The notes beneath the pieces were generated by a model that was given only the letters and a program-made list of their open reading frames with translations, did no database searches and was not told the DNA's origin. From positions 16,941-80,940 of the forward strand of contig CAMCZO010000002.1 in NCBI GenBank assembly GCA_945887955.1: DNA of 64,000 nucleotides. Direction: 5' to 3'. How positions within the stretch are numbered: the stretch's first letter is position 1; each line of letters starts with the position of its first letter. Below, piece after piece: positions 1 through 10,654 of this stretch. The translations under genes were made by a program, and so were the position numbers. This stretch comes from Chitinophaga pinensis. Lineage in GTDB: Bacteria; Bacteroidota; Bacteroidia; B-17B0; Aurantibacillaceae.

Positions 1-971
1 TGAGAAAAATCTCCGCTAGCTATTGTTGAGCTATTTGTAAGGGGATCTAAATAAGGAGAGCCCTGCAAAATAAGACCCCATGTTGATCCAGAATTATAAG
101 ATACAAACAATCCATTTAAAGATGCAGAATTCCCGATAGGATAAATGTATTTTTTAGAACAAGATGCATAAATAACATTATTATTTGAAGGTGAAATTGC
201 TAATTCAATGCGTCCATAATTAGAGTCTGAGAGTATAGAAGAAATTGGTGTAATATCAGAAAAATTAGTTAAAGAATTGTCAGAGGATTTGTAAATTTTA
301 GAAGAAATGTTGGTAAATGGAGCGGAGCCTTTTTCGCTTCCTATAGAACAAAATAGAATGCCTGCATTATCAAATTTTAAATCCATACCAAAAGTAAGAT
401 TTGCTGTTGCAGTTATACCTGCTGCGGGAACAAAACTAGAACCACTATTTGTAGAAATTAATATCCCTTTATTTGTTGCTAATGCTATAATTGCTGAATT
501 GCTTGGATGACAAGCTATTCGATTAATAACAGAACCAACTAGAGAACTATCTTGAACCAAACTTAAAGAAAATGATCCTGTTGATCCTGTTAATTTGTAT
601 AAACCTGTACCTTTTTGAGCTTTTGCCAATTTATCGGGTCTCAAAAAACCCTCACCTGTTGCCACATATATAGTTCCATCTGATGCCTGAGAAATATAGC
701 TGATATTTCTTACGGTCCCTTGATCATTTAAAGGCGCCCAATTTGATCCAGCATCAATTGTTCTGAATAATCCACTTGAAGCACTTCCTAAATAAATGGT
801 TTTACCTGTTAAATCTGTTTTATCAATAATAATATTTCGTGCTCTACCAGCAGAGTATATAGGACCAGCAGGGCTCCAGTCAAAATTTTGGGCATTAACG
901 AAACTCATTAACCCAGTTAAAACAATTAATCCAAATACTTTTAGTGTTTTTTTCGAAATAGATATCATCAT
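1..971 (-). CDS. Secreted BNR/Asp-box repeat (sortilin/GH74-like) beta-propeller protein, 3' end outside window
   Basis: Frame starts at ATG 971 and runs off the window start; not in ORF track. Reads MMISISKKTLKVFGLIVLTGLMSFVNA-QNFDWSPAGP..GRARNIII..YLGSASSGLFRTIDAGSNW..YVATGEG..GRIELAISPSNNNVIYA..SYNSGSTW: signal peptide plus S/T-x-D/N-x-G-x-T/N-W boxes. Confidence 0.8.
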   Translation of the reverse strand, partial: MMISISKKTLKVFGLIVLTGLMSFVNAQNFDWSPAGPIYSAGRARNIIIDKTDLTGKTIYLGSASSGLFRTIDAGSNWAPLNDQGTVRNISYISQASDGTIYVATGEGFLRPDKLAKAQKGTGLYKLTGSTGSFSLSLVQDSSLVGSVINRIACHPSNSAIIALATNKGILISTNSGSSFVPAAGITATANLTFGMDLKFDNAGILFCSIGSEKGSAPFTNISSKIYKSSDNSLTNFSDITPISSILSDSNYGRIELAISPSNNNVIYASCSKKYIYPIGNSASLNGLFVSYNSGSTWGLILQGSPYLDPLTNSSTIASGDFS

Positions 972-1148
972 ACCAAAATGGTGTTAAATTATAAATTTTA
1001 ACAAATTTGTTCAATTTAATTCAAAAATCAAAATCTAATTATAATAATTTGATAAATAATTATTATTAAAAATTAATCATGAATCTATTTAAACTAATTA
1101 ATAAAGTTCGTCTATAAAATAAACAAACTTTATAAAAAAAATAAAATA

Positions 1149-1568
1149 TTAAAACCGCTCTAGTTGAGAAAAAAAGAAATTGGATTCGATGTTGGCATTT
1201 TCATCACTATCACTTCCGTGGACAGCGTTAGCAGCAATTGATTTAGCGAATAACTTTCTGATGGTTCCTTCATCTGCTTTACTTGGATCGGTAGCTCCAA
1301 TAAGTTGTCTATAATCTAATACAGCGTTTTCTTTCGATAATATTGCAGCAACTATTGGTCCGCTGCTCATGTATTCAATTAATTCGCCGTAAAAGGGTCT
1401 TTCTTTATGAACAGCATAAAATTGTCCTGCTTGTTTTTTTGTTAGACACATGTATTTCATGGCTAAAATTTTAAATCCAGCTTTATTAATCATAGCTAAA
1501 ATAGGGCCAATACTATTTGCTTCAACAGCATCTGGCTTAAGCATTGTAAAAGTTATATTACCTGTCAT
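1149..1568 (-). CDS. ndk: Nucleoside diphosphate kinase
   Basis: [39 protein letters not shown] motifs. ATG at 1568 preferred over the upstream start at 1589. Confidence 0.97.
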   Translation of the reverse strand: MTGNITFTMLKPDAVEANSIGPILAMINKAGFKILAMKYMCLTKKQAGQFYAVHKERPFYGELIEYMSSGPIVAAILSKENAVLDYRQLIGATDPSKADEGTIRKLFAKSIAANAVHGSDSDENANIESNFFFSQLERF

Positions 1569-1586
1569 TTTTGTTAAATTGGGGTA

Positions 1587-1594
1587 CAAAAGTA
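1587..1594 (-). promoter_or_regulatory. Bacteroidota -7 promoter element TACTTTTG for ndk
   Basis: Matches TAnnTTTG 18 nt upstream of the ndk ATG. Confidence 0.6.
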
Positions 1595-1692
1595 CTAAAA
1601 AAACCTAGTTTTATACAAATAAAATAGAAGTTAATGATTGTTTGTTGAATCTTGTATAAATTAACCCCTAAACATTTAGCTGTAAAATTTAA

Positions 1693-1700
1693 TACTTTTG
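1693..1700 (+). promoter_or_regulatory. Bacteroidota -7 promoter element TACTTTTG for rnz
   Basis: Matches TAnnTTTG about 50 nt upstream of the rnz ATG. Confidence 0.5.
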
Positions 1701-1752
1701 ATGGCTTATTGATAGTTAAATATAAATTTAACAAAATAATAAATTAAAAAAC

Positions 1753-2673
1753 ATGAATAGAACTTCTTTCGAACTATTAATACTAGGATCATCATCGGCT
1801 AGCCCAACCTCTTCGAGAAGTTCAAGTGCTCAATTGTTAAATATAGCCGAACGCTTTTTTTTAATTGATTGCGGCGAGGCCACACAAATTCAATTACGAA
1901 AATTTAAAGCTAAATTTCAATCTATAGATCACATTTTTATTTCACATTTACATGGTGATCATTTTTTTGGATTGCCTGGTTTATTGAGTAGTATGCATCT
2001 TTTAGGAAGAAAACAAACTTTAACAATTTATGGTCCAGAAAATCTTAAAAGTATTATTGAAGCCATAAATAAAGTTTCTGAAACAAGACTTAATTTTTCT
2101 ATTAATTGGGTTTTTACAAAAAACCAGGGTTTGAACTTGCTGTTTGAAGACAAAAAAATAGAAGTTTATTCATTTCCATTAAAACACAGAATTTTTTGTA
2201 CAGGATTTTTATTTAAAGAAAAGCCTTTGCCAAGAAAAATAGACAAATATTTACTCAAAAAATTAAACATTTCAGTTGCCGATATTTTATTATTAAAAAA
2301 TGGATTAAATGTTACTAATCAAGAAGGGCAAACCATTCAAAATAAAGAGGTAACCATTGACCCTGATATTGAAAGATCTTATGCGTATTGCAGTGATACA
2401 ATCTTTAACCCAAAATTAAAAGATTATATAAGTAATGTGGATTTATTATACCACGAAAGTACTTTTTTAGAAGAACATGCCGATAGAGCAAAAAAAACTT
2501 ATCATTCAACTGCCAAACAAGCTGCAGAGATGGCTAAAAAAACTAATGCGAAACAATTGTTATTAGGTCATTTTTCTGCAAGGTATAGCGACCTGGATCT
2601 TTTTTTAAATGAGGCAGAACCTATATTTAAAAATTGTATTTTGGCAATTGATGGAAAAAAAATAAAAATTTAA
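1753..2673 (+). CDS. rnz: Ribonuclease Z
   Basis: LIDCGEATQ, HLHGDH metallo-beta-lactamase motif, YCSDT, LLYHESTF, YHSTA, LGHFSARY. Confidence 0.95.
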   Translation: MNRTSFELLILGSSSASPTSSRSSSAQLLNIAERFFLIDCGEATQIQLRKFKAKFQSIDHIFISHLHGDHFFGLPGLLSSMHLLGRKQTLTIYGPENLKSIIEAINKVSETRLNFSINWVFTKNQGLNLLFEDKKIEVYSFPLKHRIFCTGFLFKEKPLPRKIDKYLLKKLNISVADILLLKNGLNVTNQEGQTIQNKEVTIDPDIERSYAYCSDTIFNPKLKDYISNVDLLYHESTFLEEHADRAKKTYHSTAKQAAEMAKKTNAKQLLLGHFSARYSDLDLFLNEAEPIFKNCILAIDGKKIKI

Positions 2674-2707
2674 TTAAACATTCTAATTTGTTAATTATCT
2701 TTACAAA

Positions 2708-3376
2708 ATGATTAAAGTATTAATTGCTGATAAAAATTTTCTATCTAGAGTTGGATTAGAGCTTTTAGTGGGCGAATTAAAAGGATTTGATTTGGCGCCA
2801 TCGGTTTGTGGCGAAAAAGAAGCCTTAATAAATCAACTTCAAATTTCAAAACCCAATTTATTAATTGCTGATTTTATTTCATTAGGTATTAGCATTAATG
2901 AATTAAAATCAATTTGTAAAAAATATACTAAAACTAAATTTTTAATTATCACCGAATGGCTTTCCAAAAAAGAATCTGTTGAAGTTTTAGAAAGTGGAAT
3001 TACAAGTTTTTTATTAAAAGAATGCGATAAAATTGAAATTTTGGAAGCTATTAATTCAACTATTAAAGGTGAAAAATTTATTTGTGGTAAAATTGTAAGA
3101 TTTTTATCCGCTTCATCAGAAATAAAAAGTTCAAATTCTTTTATTAAATCACTTTCCTGTGATGGATTTCAAGTTACCAATCGTGAAATTGATATTATTC
3201 AAGGCATTGCAGAAGGATTACCAAATAAATTAATAGCAGTAAAGCTAAATTTAAGTACACATACTGTAAATACTCACCGAAAAAACATCATGGCTAAATT
3301 AGGTGTAAAAAATACTGCAGGAATTGTGATGTTTGCTGTTAAAAACAAACTTTTGGAAACAAATTTTGATTTTTAA
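2708..3376 (+). CDS. NarL/LuxR-family response regulator
   Basis: N-terminal receiver-like domain; C-terminal LuxR HTH (TNREIDII..GLPNKLIA..LNLSTHTVNTHRKNIMAKL). Confidence 0.88.
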   Translation: MIKVLIADKNFLSRVGLELLVGELKGFDLAPSVCGEKEALINQLQISKPNLLIADFISLGISINELKSICKKYTKTKFLIITEWLSKKESVEVLESGITSFLLKECDKIEILEAINSTIKGEKFICGKIVRFLSASSEIKSSNSFIKSLSCDGFQVTNREIDIIQGIAEGLPNKLIAVKLNLSTHTVNTHRKNIMAKLGVKNTAGIVMFAVKNKLLETNFDF

Positions 3377-3381
3377 AAATC

Positions 3382-5109
3382 TTATTTCTCTTTAAAAGCA
3401 TACTTTCTTTTTCGAATATAAAATTGAATTGCTGCGAAACAAATTATTACTAAAAAAGGCAACAACACATTAATCACTTGCCATTTTGTGCGGTGTAAAT
3501 TAATTTTCTTTTTATCTAATAATCTCAATTTCACTTCACGCGAACGCAATTGAAGCATTCCTTCATCATCCAATAAATAATTAACGCAATTGACCAAAAA
3601 GGTCTGATTGGCAAATGTTTGCTTTGTATATTTATCATATCCAAGAGGGAATATTTCGCCAGTACTTTTTTGAAAATCATTTCGAGCAACATCGCCATCA
3701 GCCACAACAATCATTTTAGTTGATTTACCCTTATCAATATATTTAAAATTAGAATCGTTAAGAATTGTTGATGGTAATCGATACTCAACAAAACTACTAA
3801 AACAACCTTCTAATAAACAAGCAACGGGTTGATATGAATTGATAAATTGAGACTCTTTAATTTGCATTTGAACCATCCCCAAATAAATCCGAACAGGGGC
3901 TGGAATTGTTTTTGAATACTTAGATGACTTTAACAATATTGTTTTTTTAATACCTTTAGCAGAGGCAATGGTATCAAGTGTACTTAAAAAATCAAACCTA
4001 ATTAAATCTAAATTTTTAACAATAGGATGATTATTATCTGGAAGAATAAGCGGATTATAAAGCCACGGGAACATTTTAACATTCGCCTCTCCTTTTTTAA
4101 ATCCAATATTAATTGGAATACTGGCGCATTGAAGATCTTGAACCATGATTGGATTTAATCTTACGCCATATTTAAAGAGCATATCTTCTAAATTTAAATC
4201 GCGATTAATACCTATGGTAAATCCTTTTAAACGTAATGAATCTAAATTTGTAGAAAGAGGATCAATTAACCACAAAACTTTGCCACCTCGCATAATAAAT
4301 TGATCAATTACAAATTTTTCTTTATCCGTAAAAGCAGAATCTGGCTGAGAAATCACAATGGCATCACTTCCCTTTAGTGCAGTTAATTCATAACCCTTTG
4401 CTATTTTGGTTTGATTAACCAAATAATATTCTGATAAGGCTTTCATAAATTGATATTGATGCACTGTATCAATTTCATTATGACCTTGTATAAAAGTTAC
4501 TTGTTGTTTTTTGTTTCGTTGTAATTTCCGAATGGCATTGGTTAAACTATATTCTAACTCCTGAACACTATTATTAATAGATTCTTCAGGAGATATTCCA
4601 ACTTGTCTTTTAAAAATTTGCCAAACCGTTTCTTTGCCCTTATAACTTAAAATGGCGCCTGGCCAAATAACAGACTCTGTTGTTTTTTCTTTTCCTTTAT
4701 CAACAATTTGTTCAGGTATAATGCCTTTATCATATAATTGTTTTTCTAGATTTAAACTCTCTTCTTTAGTTAAATCTTTTCCTGGGGAAATAAAATCATA
4801 TTGAATTTGATTATCTGAATACGCTCTAAATTCATCTAAAATTTCTTTTGCTTCATTTCTTAATCTTGAAAAACTTGGGTTAAAATCTCCTTGTAAATAA
4901 ACTTTTAGATAAACTTCGTCATCTAAATTTTTTAGTAATTTTTTTGTAGATTCGGCTAGCGTATATCTTTTCTCGGAAGTTAAATCAATGCGAATAAAAT
5001 AAAAAGAAGCAATAAAATTAAATAAAATAATTATTGCAATCATTACTAAAAAAGAAGATAAATCTCTACGTTTGTTTATCGATTTTATTTGCTCTTTATT
5101 ATTTACCAT
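3382..5109 (-). CDS. gldG: Gliding motility ABC transporter auxiliary/substrate-binding protein GldG
   Basis: RIDLTSEKRYTL, VYLKVYLQGD, GGKVLWLIDP, VVADGD, NYLLDDEG..LRSREVKLRLLD; follows gldF with a 7-bp overlap. Confidence 0.93.
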   Translation of the reverse strand: MVNNKEQIKSINKRRDLSSFLVMIAIIILFNFIASFYFIRIDLTSEKRYTLAESTKKLLKNLDDEVYLKVYLQGDFNPSFSRLRNEAKEILDEFRAYSDNQIQYDFISPGKDLTKEESLNLEKQLYDKGIIPEQIVDKGKEKTTESVIWPGAILSYKGKETVWQIFKRQVGISPEESINNSVQELEYSLTNAIRKLQRNKKQQVTFIQGHNEIDTVHQYQFMKALSEYYLVNQTKIAKGYELTALKGSDAIVISQPDSAFTDKEKFVIDQFIMRGGKVLWLIDPLSTNLDSLRLKGFTIGINRDLNLEDMLFKYGVRLNPIMVQDLQCASIPINIGFKKGEANVKMFPWLYNPLILPDNNHPIVKNLDLIRFDFLSTLDTIASAKGIKKTILLKSSKYSKTIPAPVRIYLGMVQMQIKESQFINSYQPVACLLEGCFSSFVEYRLPSTILNDSNFKYIDKGKSTKMIVVADGDVARNDFQKSTGEIFPLGYDKYTKQTFANQTFLVNCVNYLLDDEGMLQLRSREVKLRLLDKKKINLHRTKWQVINVLLPFLVIICFAAIQFYIRKRKYAFKEK

Positions 5110-5843
5110 TTTCTTCTTTGTAAGATTAATTTGGTTAACAAAATAAAAAAGGCAATCACACTTATAAAATAAAAAGAATCTCGCGAATCAATCACTCCCC
5201 TACTCATACTTATATAATGAGAATTGAGACCTAAACTTTTTAATAAAGTATCGTGTTTTCCGAAGAAATTGCTTTGAGCGATAAAATCAAAACCGATATA
5301 ACAAAAGAAGCAAAGTAATAAAGCAATTATAAAAGCAATAACTTGATTTTCTGAAACCGAAGATGAAAAAATACCAATAGCAACAAAGGCTGCTCCCAAA
5401 GAAAATAAACCGATGTATGAACCCCACATGCCTCCAGTATCTATATTCCCTTTAGGCAAACCTAAAACATGAACGCTGTAGTAATAAATAAGTGTTGGTA
5501 ATAATGAAAATAATAGTAAGGTAAACCCAGCAAAATATTTTGCTAATATTATTTGCAAATCAGTTAATGGGCGAGTTAAAAGGAGCTCGAATGTTCCTGT
5601 TTTTATTTCTTCAGAAAAAGATCTCATGGTAATTGCAGGAATTAAGAATAAGTAAACCCATGGTGCAATTAAAAATAGAGGATCAATATTTGCAAAGCCA
5701 TTATCTAAAATATTAGAGCCACCACCTTCGGATGGAATGATCCACATAAAAACACCAATCAACGAAATAAAAACACCGATGGCAATATAACCAATTAGTG
5801 AACTTAAAAAGCTTCTAATTTCTTTAAAAAAAAGGGTAAACAT
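5103..5843 (-). CDS. gldF: Gliding motility ABC transporter permease GldF
   Basis: KEIRSFLSSLIGY, LIPAITMRSFSEEIKTGTFELLLTRP, GNIDTG, MSRGVIDSRD. Confidence 0.95.
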   Translation of the reverse strand: MFTLFFKEIRSFLSSLIGYIAIGVFISLIGVFMWIIPSEGGGSNILDNGFANIDPLFLIAPWVYLFLIPAITMRSFSEEIKTGTFELLLTRPLTDLQIILAKYFAGFTLLLFSLLPTLIYYYSVHVLGLPKGNIDTGGMWGSYIGLFSLGAAFVAIGIFSSSVSENQVIAFIIALLLCFFCYIGFDFIAQSNFFGKHDTLLKSLGLNSHYISMSRGVIDSRDSFYFISVIAFFILLTKLILQRRKW

Positions 5844-6011
5844 TAAAAGTAAAATTACATTTTTATCTATACTATTAAAAAAAATTATTCTAACAATTAT
5901 TCTTCGGTAAAAATTTTGTCTTATTTAATATATTAGCTGCAAATCTATTCGTAATTTTAAACTTTATTCAACAAAATTTGTAAATCAATTAACTATTTGC
6001 TATTAATTACT

Positions 6012-6503
6012 ATGATCAAAAAATGGTTTTTGCCAACATTACTCATAATTGTTTTATTTATTTCTTTTTTTATTTATAACAAATATCATGTTGCGCCTCA
6101 TATAAAATTTAATACTTTAAATTTAGTTGATTTAAATAACCAACCAATTAATTTAGAATTATATAAAGGAAAAAAGCTCTTGATTTGCTTTAGTGCCTCA
6201 TGGTGTCCTAATTGCATTGAAGAATTAGATGAATTAAAATCAATAAAATCAACTGAATTAGCAGATGTTGACGTAATTGTGATTAGTGACGAATCGATAG
6301 ATAAAATAAATGAATTTCAATTAAAAAGAGGCTTACCCTTTACTTTTTTTAAAATGAATGCTTCTTTTTCATCAATTGGAATAAACTCTATTCCCACTTC
6401 CTACATTATCAATAAAAAATTTGAAGTGATGCAAGAAAATATTGGTTACTTAAATTGGAGAGACCCTTCTACCTGCCAACATCTTAAAAAATTAATGGAA
6501 TAA
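6012..6503 (+). CDS. Membrane-anchored TlpA/ResA-like thioredoxin-fold protein
   Basis: N-terminal hydrophobic anchor, SASWCPNC motif, SIPTSY cis-Pro loop. ATG 6012 preferred to TTG 5997. Confidence 0.85.
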   Translation: MIKKWFLPTLLIIVLFISFFIYNKYHVAPHIKFNTLNLVDLNNQPINLELYKGKKLLICFSASWCPNCIEELDELKSIKSTELADVDVIVISDESIDKINEFQLKRGLPFTFFKMNASFSSIGINSIPTSYIINKKFEVMQENIGYLNWRDPSTCQHLKKLME

Positions 6504-6560
6504 ACCATTTTTTTAATATAATTTTTAGATACAATCATAAAACATAGCTCTTCTAAATTA

Positions 6561-9389
6561 ATGAATAAAACCAAAGATATTTTAAATCTAAGCCCTAAAG
6601 AATATATCATTATAAAAGGAGCAAGGCAACATAATTTAAAAAACATAGATGTTGCAATACCACGAAATAAACTTGTAGTAATAACTGGTCTTTCGGGTTC
6701 GGGAAAATCATCATTAGCCTTTGATACTTTATATGCCGAGGGGCAGAGGAGATATGTAGAAAGTTTATCAGCTTATGCAAGGCAATTTTTAGGTCGTTTA
6801 GAAAAACCACAGGTTGATTATATTAAAGGTATTTCGCCAGCCATTGCCATAGAACAAAAAGTTATTTCGCGCAATCCAAGAAGTACAGTTGGAACTATAA
6901 CTGAAATTTACGACTATTTTAAATTATTATTTTCAAGAATAGGCATAACCTATAGTCCTGTTTCAGGCAAAGCTGTAAAACGTCAAAATGTTAGTGATGT
7001 AGTTAATTTCATTTTAAAACTTAAGCCCAAAACAAAGTTTTTAATTTTATCTCAAGTTCATAAAAAAAAGGATCGGACTATTCAAAAGCAATTTGATTTG
7101 CTATCGCAACAAGGATTTTCAAAAGGAATTATTAATAATCAAATTCAAAAAATTAACGAATTTGATTTTAGTACTTTAAAAAAAGACAGCAACTGTTATT
7201 TATTGATTGATCGATTAATTAATGAACCAAACGATGAAGATTTTACATCTCGGACAGCAGATAGTGTTCAAACTGCTTTTTATGAAGGAGGAGGAGAATG
7301 TATAATTTGGATTGAACAAGAAAATAAGGACTACCAAAAACATACCTTCAGTAATTTATTCGAATTAGATGGTATCAGTTTTGAAGAACCTACGGTGAAC
7401 TTTTTTGCATTTAACAATCCTATTGGTGCCTGTAAAACCTGCGAAGGCTTTGGAAGTATTATTGGCATTGATCCAGAATTGGTAATCCCCAATAAAAGTT
7501 TGTCAGTTTTTGAAAATGCAATTGTTTGTTGGAATGGGGAAGTAATGAGTGCCTACAAAAATCAATTGATACAAAATGCACATAAATTTAAATTCCCAAT
7601 TCATAAACCAATCTCCGAATTATCTGATACAGATTATGAATTATTATGGAAAGGAAACGAATATTTTGATGGTTTGAATTTGTTTTTTAATAGAATTGAA
7701 AAAGAGACATATAAAATTCAGTACAGAGTAATGTTAGCAAGGTATAGAGGAAAAACAACCTGCTTTGATTGTAAAGGCACTAGATTAAGAAAAGACGCAA
7801 ACTATGTTAAAATTAATGGCAAATCAATTGATGATTTAGTTCTTACTCCTGTAATAAATTTATATCCGTTTTTTAAATCTATAAAATTAAATGAGCATGA
7901 TGCAACAATTGCTAAACGTTTATTAGTAGAAATTTTGAATAGATTAGAATACTTATTGGATGTTGGATTAGGTTATTTAACATTAAATCGTGTTGCGAAT
8001 ACTCTGAGTGGCGGTGAGAGTCAGCGCATTAATTTAGCAACTCAATTAGGGAGTACCTTAGTAGGCAGTTTATATATTTTAGATGAACCAAGTATTGGAC
8101 TGCATCCTAGAGATACAGAAAAATTAATAAAAGTACTTCGATCTCTTCAAAAACTTGGAAATACAGTTATTATTGTAGAGCATGATGAGGATATTATGCG
8201 AGAAGCAGATGAACTAATTGATATCGGACCAGAAGCAGGAACAAAGGGTGGTTATCTTGTTTTTCAGGGAACTCACAAAGAATTATTAAAAAATAAAAAT
8301 GGCTACACTTCAAATTATCTAAATCATTTAATGTCTATTGAGGTTCCAAAAGATAGACGTAAATGGAAAGAATTTATTGAAATAAGAAATTTAACTGAAA
8401 ACAATCTTAAAAACATAACTGTTAAATTTCCAATTAATGTATTAACTTGTGTTACCGGTGTTAGTGGCTCTGGCAAATCAACCCTAATAAAAAGAGGATT
8501 GATTCCTAATCTACAAAAATATTTAAATGGCTATTTTGATAGTGTAAATTTCGACCACTTGATTGGAGGAAGTTTAAAACAAATAAAGCAATTAGAATTT
8601 GTAGATCAAAATCCAATTGGTAAGTCTTCGAGAAGTAATCCGGTAACTTATGTAAAAGCTTTTGACGAAATTCGAAATTTATTTGCAGACCAAGGTCTTT
8701 CAAAAACACGAAATTATAAACCAGGTTTTTTTAGTTTTAATGTAGAAGGGGGCCGTTGTGAAATTTGTCAAGGAGAGGGTCAAACTACAATAGAAATGCA
8801 ATTTATGGCAGATATTAAGTTGCCATGCGAATCGTGCAAAACGAAACGATATAAATCTGAAACCCTCGAAGTTTTATATAAAACTAAATCCATTTCAGAT
8901 GTATTAGATTTAACTGTTGATGATGCTATTCTATTCTTTAATCAAGATGCAGAGGATAGAACTGTTTACAAAATCATAGAAAAATTAAATGCACTTCAAT
9001 CGGTAGGATTAGGTTATGTTCAATTAGGACAAAATAGTAGCACTTTAAGCGGTGGAGAAGCGCAGAGAATTAAATTAGCTAGTTTTTTAATTTCGATAAA
9101 CAATACCTCACCTACTCTTTTTATTTTTGATGAACCAACAACTGGGCTTCACTTTCACGATATTGCAAAATTGCTAAAATCGTTTAATGCACTTATTCAA
9201 AAAGGACATTCAATTGTTGTGATTGAACATAATTTAGAAGTTATTAAATGTGCCGATTGGATTATTGACATGGGGCCAGAAGGCGGATTAAATGGTGGGA
9301 AAATTGAATTTGAAGGCACCCCTGAAAACTTAGTTAATTCAAAAAAAGGATTTACTGGAATTTATTTAAAAGAAAAATTAAAACGATGA
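6561..9389 (+). CDS. uvrA: Excinuclease ABC subunit A
   Basis: [28 protein letters not shown], two LSGGE signatures, second Walker [10 protein letters not shown], CxxC pairs. Confidence 0.96.
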   Translation: MNKTKDILNLSPKEYIIIKGARQHNLKNIDVAIPRNKLVVITGLSGSGKSSLAFDTLYAEGQRRYVESLSAYARQFLGRLEKPQVDYIKGISPAIAIEQKVISRNPRSTVGTITEIYDYFKLLFSRIGITYSPVSGKAVKRQNVSDVVNFILKLKPKTKFLILSQVHKKKDRTIQKQFDLLSQQGFSKGIINNQIQKINEFDFSTLKKDSNCYLLIDRLINEPNDEDFTSRTADSVQTAFYEGGGECIIWIEQENKDYQKHTFSNLFELDGISFEEPTVNFFAFNNPIGACKTCEGFGSIIGIDPELVIPNKSLSVFENAIVCWNGEVMSAYKNQLIQNAHKFKFPIHKPISELSDTDYELLWKGNEYFDGLNLFFNRIEKETYKIQYRVMLARYRGKTTCFDCKGTRLRKDANYVKINGKSIDDLVLTPVINLYPFFKSIKLNEHDATIAKRLLVEILNRLEYLLDVGLGYLTLNRVANTLSGGESQRINLATQLGSTLVGSLYILDEPSIGLHPRDTEKLIKVLRSLQKLGNTVIIVEHDEDIMREADELIDIGPEAGTKGGYLVFQGTHKELLKNKNGYTSNYLNHLMSIEVPKDRRKWKEFIEIRNLTENNLKNITVKFPINVLTCVTGVSGSGKSTLIKRGLIPNLQKYLNGYFDSVNFDHLIGGSLKQIKQLEFVDQNPIGKSSRSNPVTYVKAFDEIRNLFADQGLSKTRNYKPGFFSFNVEGGRCEICQGEGQTTIEMQFMADIKLPCESCKTKRYKSETLEVLYKTKSISDVLDLTVDDAILFFNQDAEDRTVYKIIEKLNALQSVGLGYVQLGQNSSTLSGGEAQRIKLASFLISINNTSPTLFIFDEPTTGLHFHDIAKLLKSFNALIQKGHSIVVIEHNLEVIKCADWIIDMGPEGGLNGGKIEFEGTPENLVNSKKGFTGIYLKEKLKR

Positions 9390-9829
9390 GTTCGATATAT
9401 AATTTTATTACCTCAAGCAATTTTTTAAAAAAAACCGTAGGAATACTTGCCATATTTGGATTAGTTTACATTGTTTATTTTTTATTTGTGAGAAAAGCTT
9501 CATTTGATGATAACTTAAAAAAAATTGCTTTAGAATTAAACAAAACATGTCCTAAAATGATTGATAAAGATACCAGACTTGATAATGCTCTTGCAATAAA
9601 AGGAAATATTTTTCAATATAACTATACACTTTTAAATATTCTAAAAGATTCGATGGATATTGAACTATACAAAGCAAGTGTGGAGCCATCTATAATAAAT
9701 AATGTAATTACAAATCCAGATTTAGAAACTTTTAGAAAAAATAAAATAACTTTAATCTATAATTTTAAAGACGAACTAAATAATCATATTACAAGAATTA
9801 TTGTGGGTCCAAAAAAATATAAAAATTAA
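9386..9829 (+). CDS. Hypothetical membrane-anchored protein
   Basis: 147-aa ORF with one N-terminal TM segment; ATGA overlap with the uvrA stop. Confidence 0.75.
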   Translation: MSSIYNFITSSNFLKKTVGILAIFGLVYIVYFLFVRKASFDDNLKKIALELNKTCPKMIDKDTRLDNALAIKGNIFQYNYTLLNILKDSMDIELYKASVEPSIINNVITNPDLETFRKNKITLIYNFKDELNNHITRIIVGPKKYKN

Positions 9830-9891
9830 TTTGAGATGATTTTATTTTTTAACTTTAGTCTTCAATATTTAAACTTATTAATTAATTAAAA

Positions 9892-10653
9892 ATGTTTCAT
9901 TTTTTACTTCGCACAATACCACGACCTATTCTTATTCAATTTAGTTTGTGGTTTAGTAAAATTGCTCCACTTATTTATTATGGTCATTCATACGAAGATC
10001 CAATTACAGGTAAAACTTATCGAAAATTTTTACCTTATGGATATGGGGGTCGTGCAAAACGAAAAAATGTTCTTTGTCCTGGTAGTTTATCATTAGAAAG
10101 ACATCGATTATTATGGCTTTATTTAAAGGAAAAAACTGATTTTTTTACTAAAAAATATAAAATGTTTCATATTGCCCCTGAACAATGTTTTTATAAATTA
10201 TTTAAATCACAAGCAAACCTAACATATACCACTGGTGATTATAATAGCCCAATAGCAGAAATTAATTTTGACTTACATAAAGCTCCATTCGAAGACAATT
10301 GTTTTGATGTTATTTTTTGTAACCATGTATTAGAACATGTAGAAGATGCCAATCAATGTATGAAAGAATTATATCGCATAATGAAACCAGGAGGTTGGGG
10401 TATTTTTCAGGTTCCATTAGATAAAAGCAAAACAGAAACTTTTGAAGATAAAAGTATTATCACTCCAAAAGAACGAGAAATTAATTATTGGCAAAAAGAT
10501 CACCTTCGATTGTTTGGATTAGATTATAAAGACAAACTAGCTTCAGTAGGTTTTAAAGTAACAGTAGATGATTTTGTTAATACTCTCAAGCCAGAATTGA
10601 TAGAAAGATACAGATTACCAGAGGGTGAAATGATTTATTTGTGTAAAAAATAA
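9892..10653 (+). CDS. Class I SAM-dependent methyltransferase
   Basis: HIAPE motif I variant, FDVIFCNHVLEHV, LYRIMKPGGWGI. Confidence 0.88.
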   Translation: MFHFLLRTIPRPILIQFSLWFSKIAPLIYYGHSYEDPITGKTYRKFLPYGYGGRAKRKNVLCPGSLSLERHRLLWLYLKEKTDFFTKKYKMFHIAPEQCFYKLFKSQANLTYTTGDYNSPIAEINFDLHKAPFEDNCFDVIFCNHVLEHVEDANQCMKELYRIMKPGGWGIFQVPLDKSKTETFEDKSIITPKEREINYWQKDHLRLFGLDYKDKLASVGFKVTVDDFVNTLKPELIERYRLPEGEMIYLCKK

Positions 10654-10654
10654 A

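Noticed and set aside
572-591. Short tandem repeat (TGATCCTGT)x2
   Set aside because: Encodes TGSTGS within the BNR protein; only two units, so no evidence for phase variation.
307-987. Plus-strand ORFs 307..510 and 796..987
   Set aside because: Antisense shadows of the long minus-strand BNR-repeat gene.
3382-5843. gldF-gldG without gldA
   Set aside because: gldA is also unlinked from gldFG in F. johnsoniae; this is the expected arrangement.
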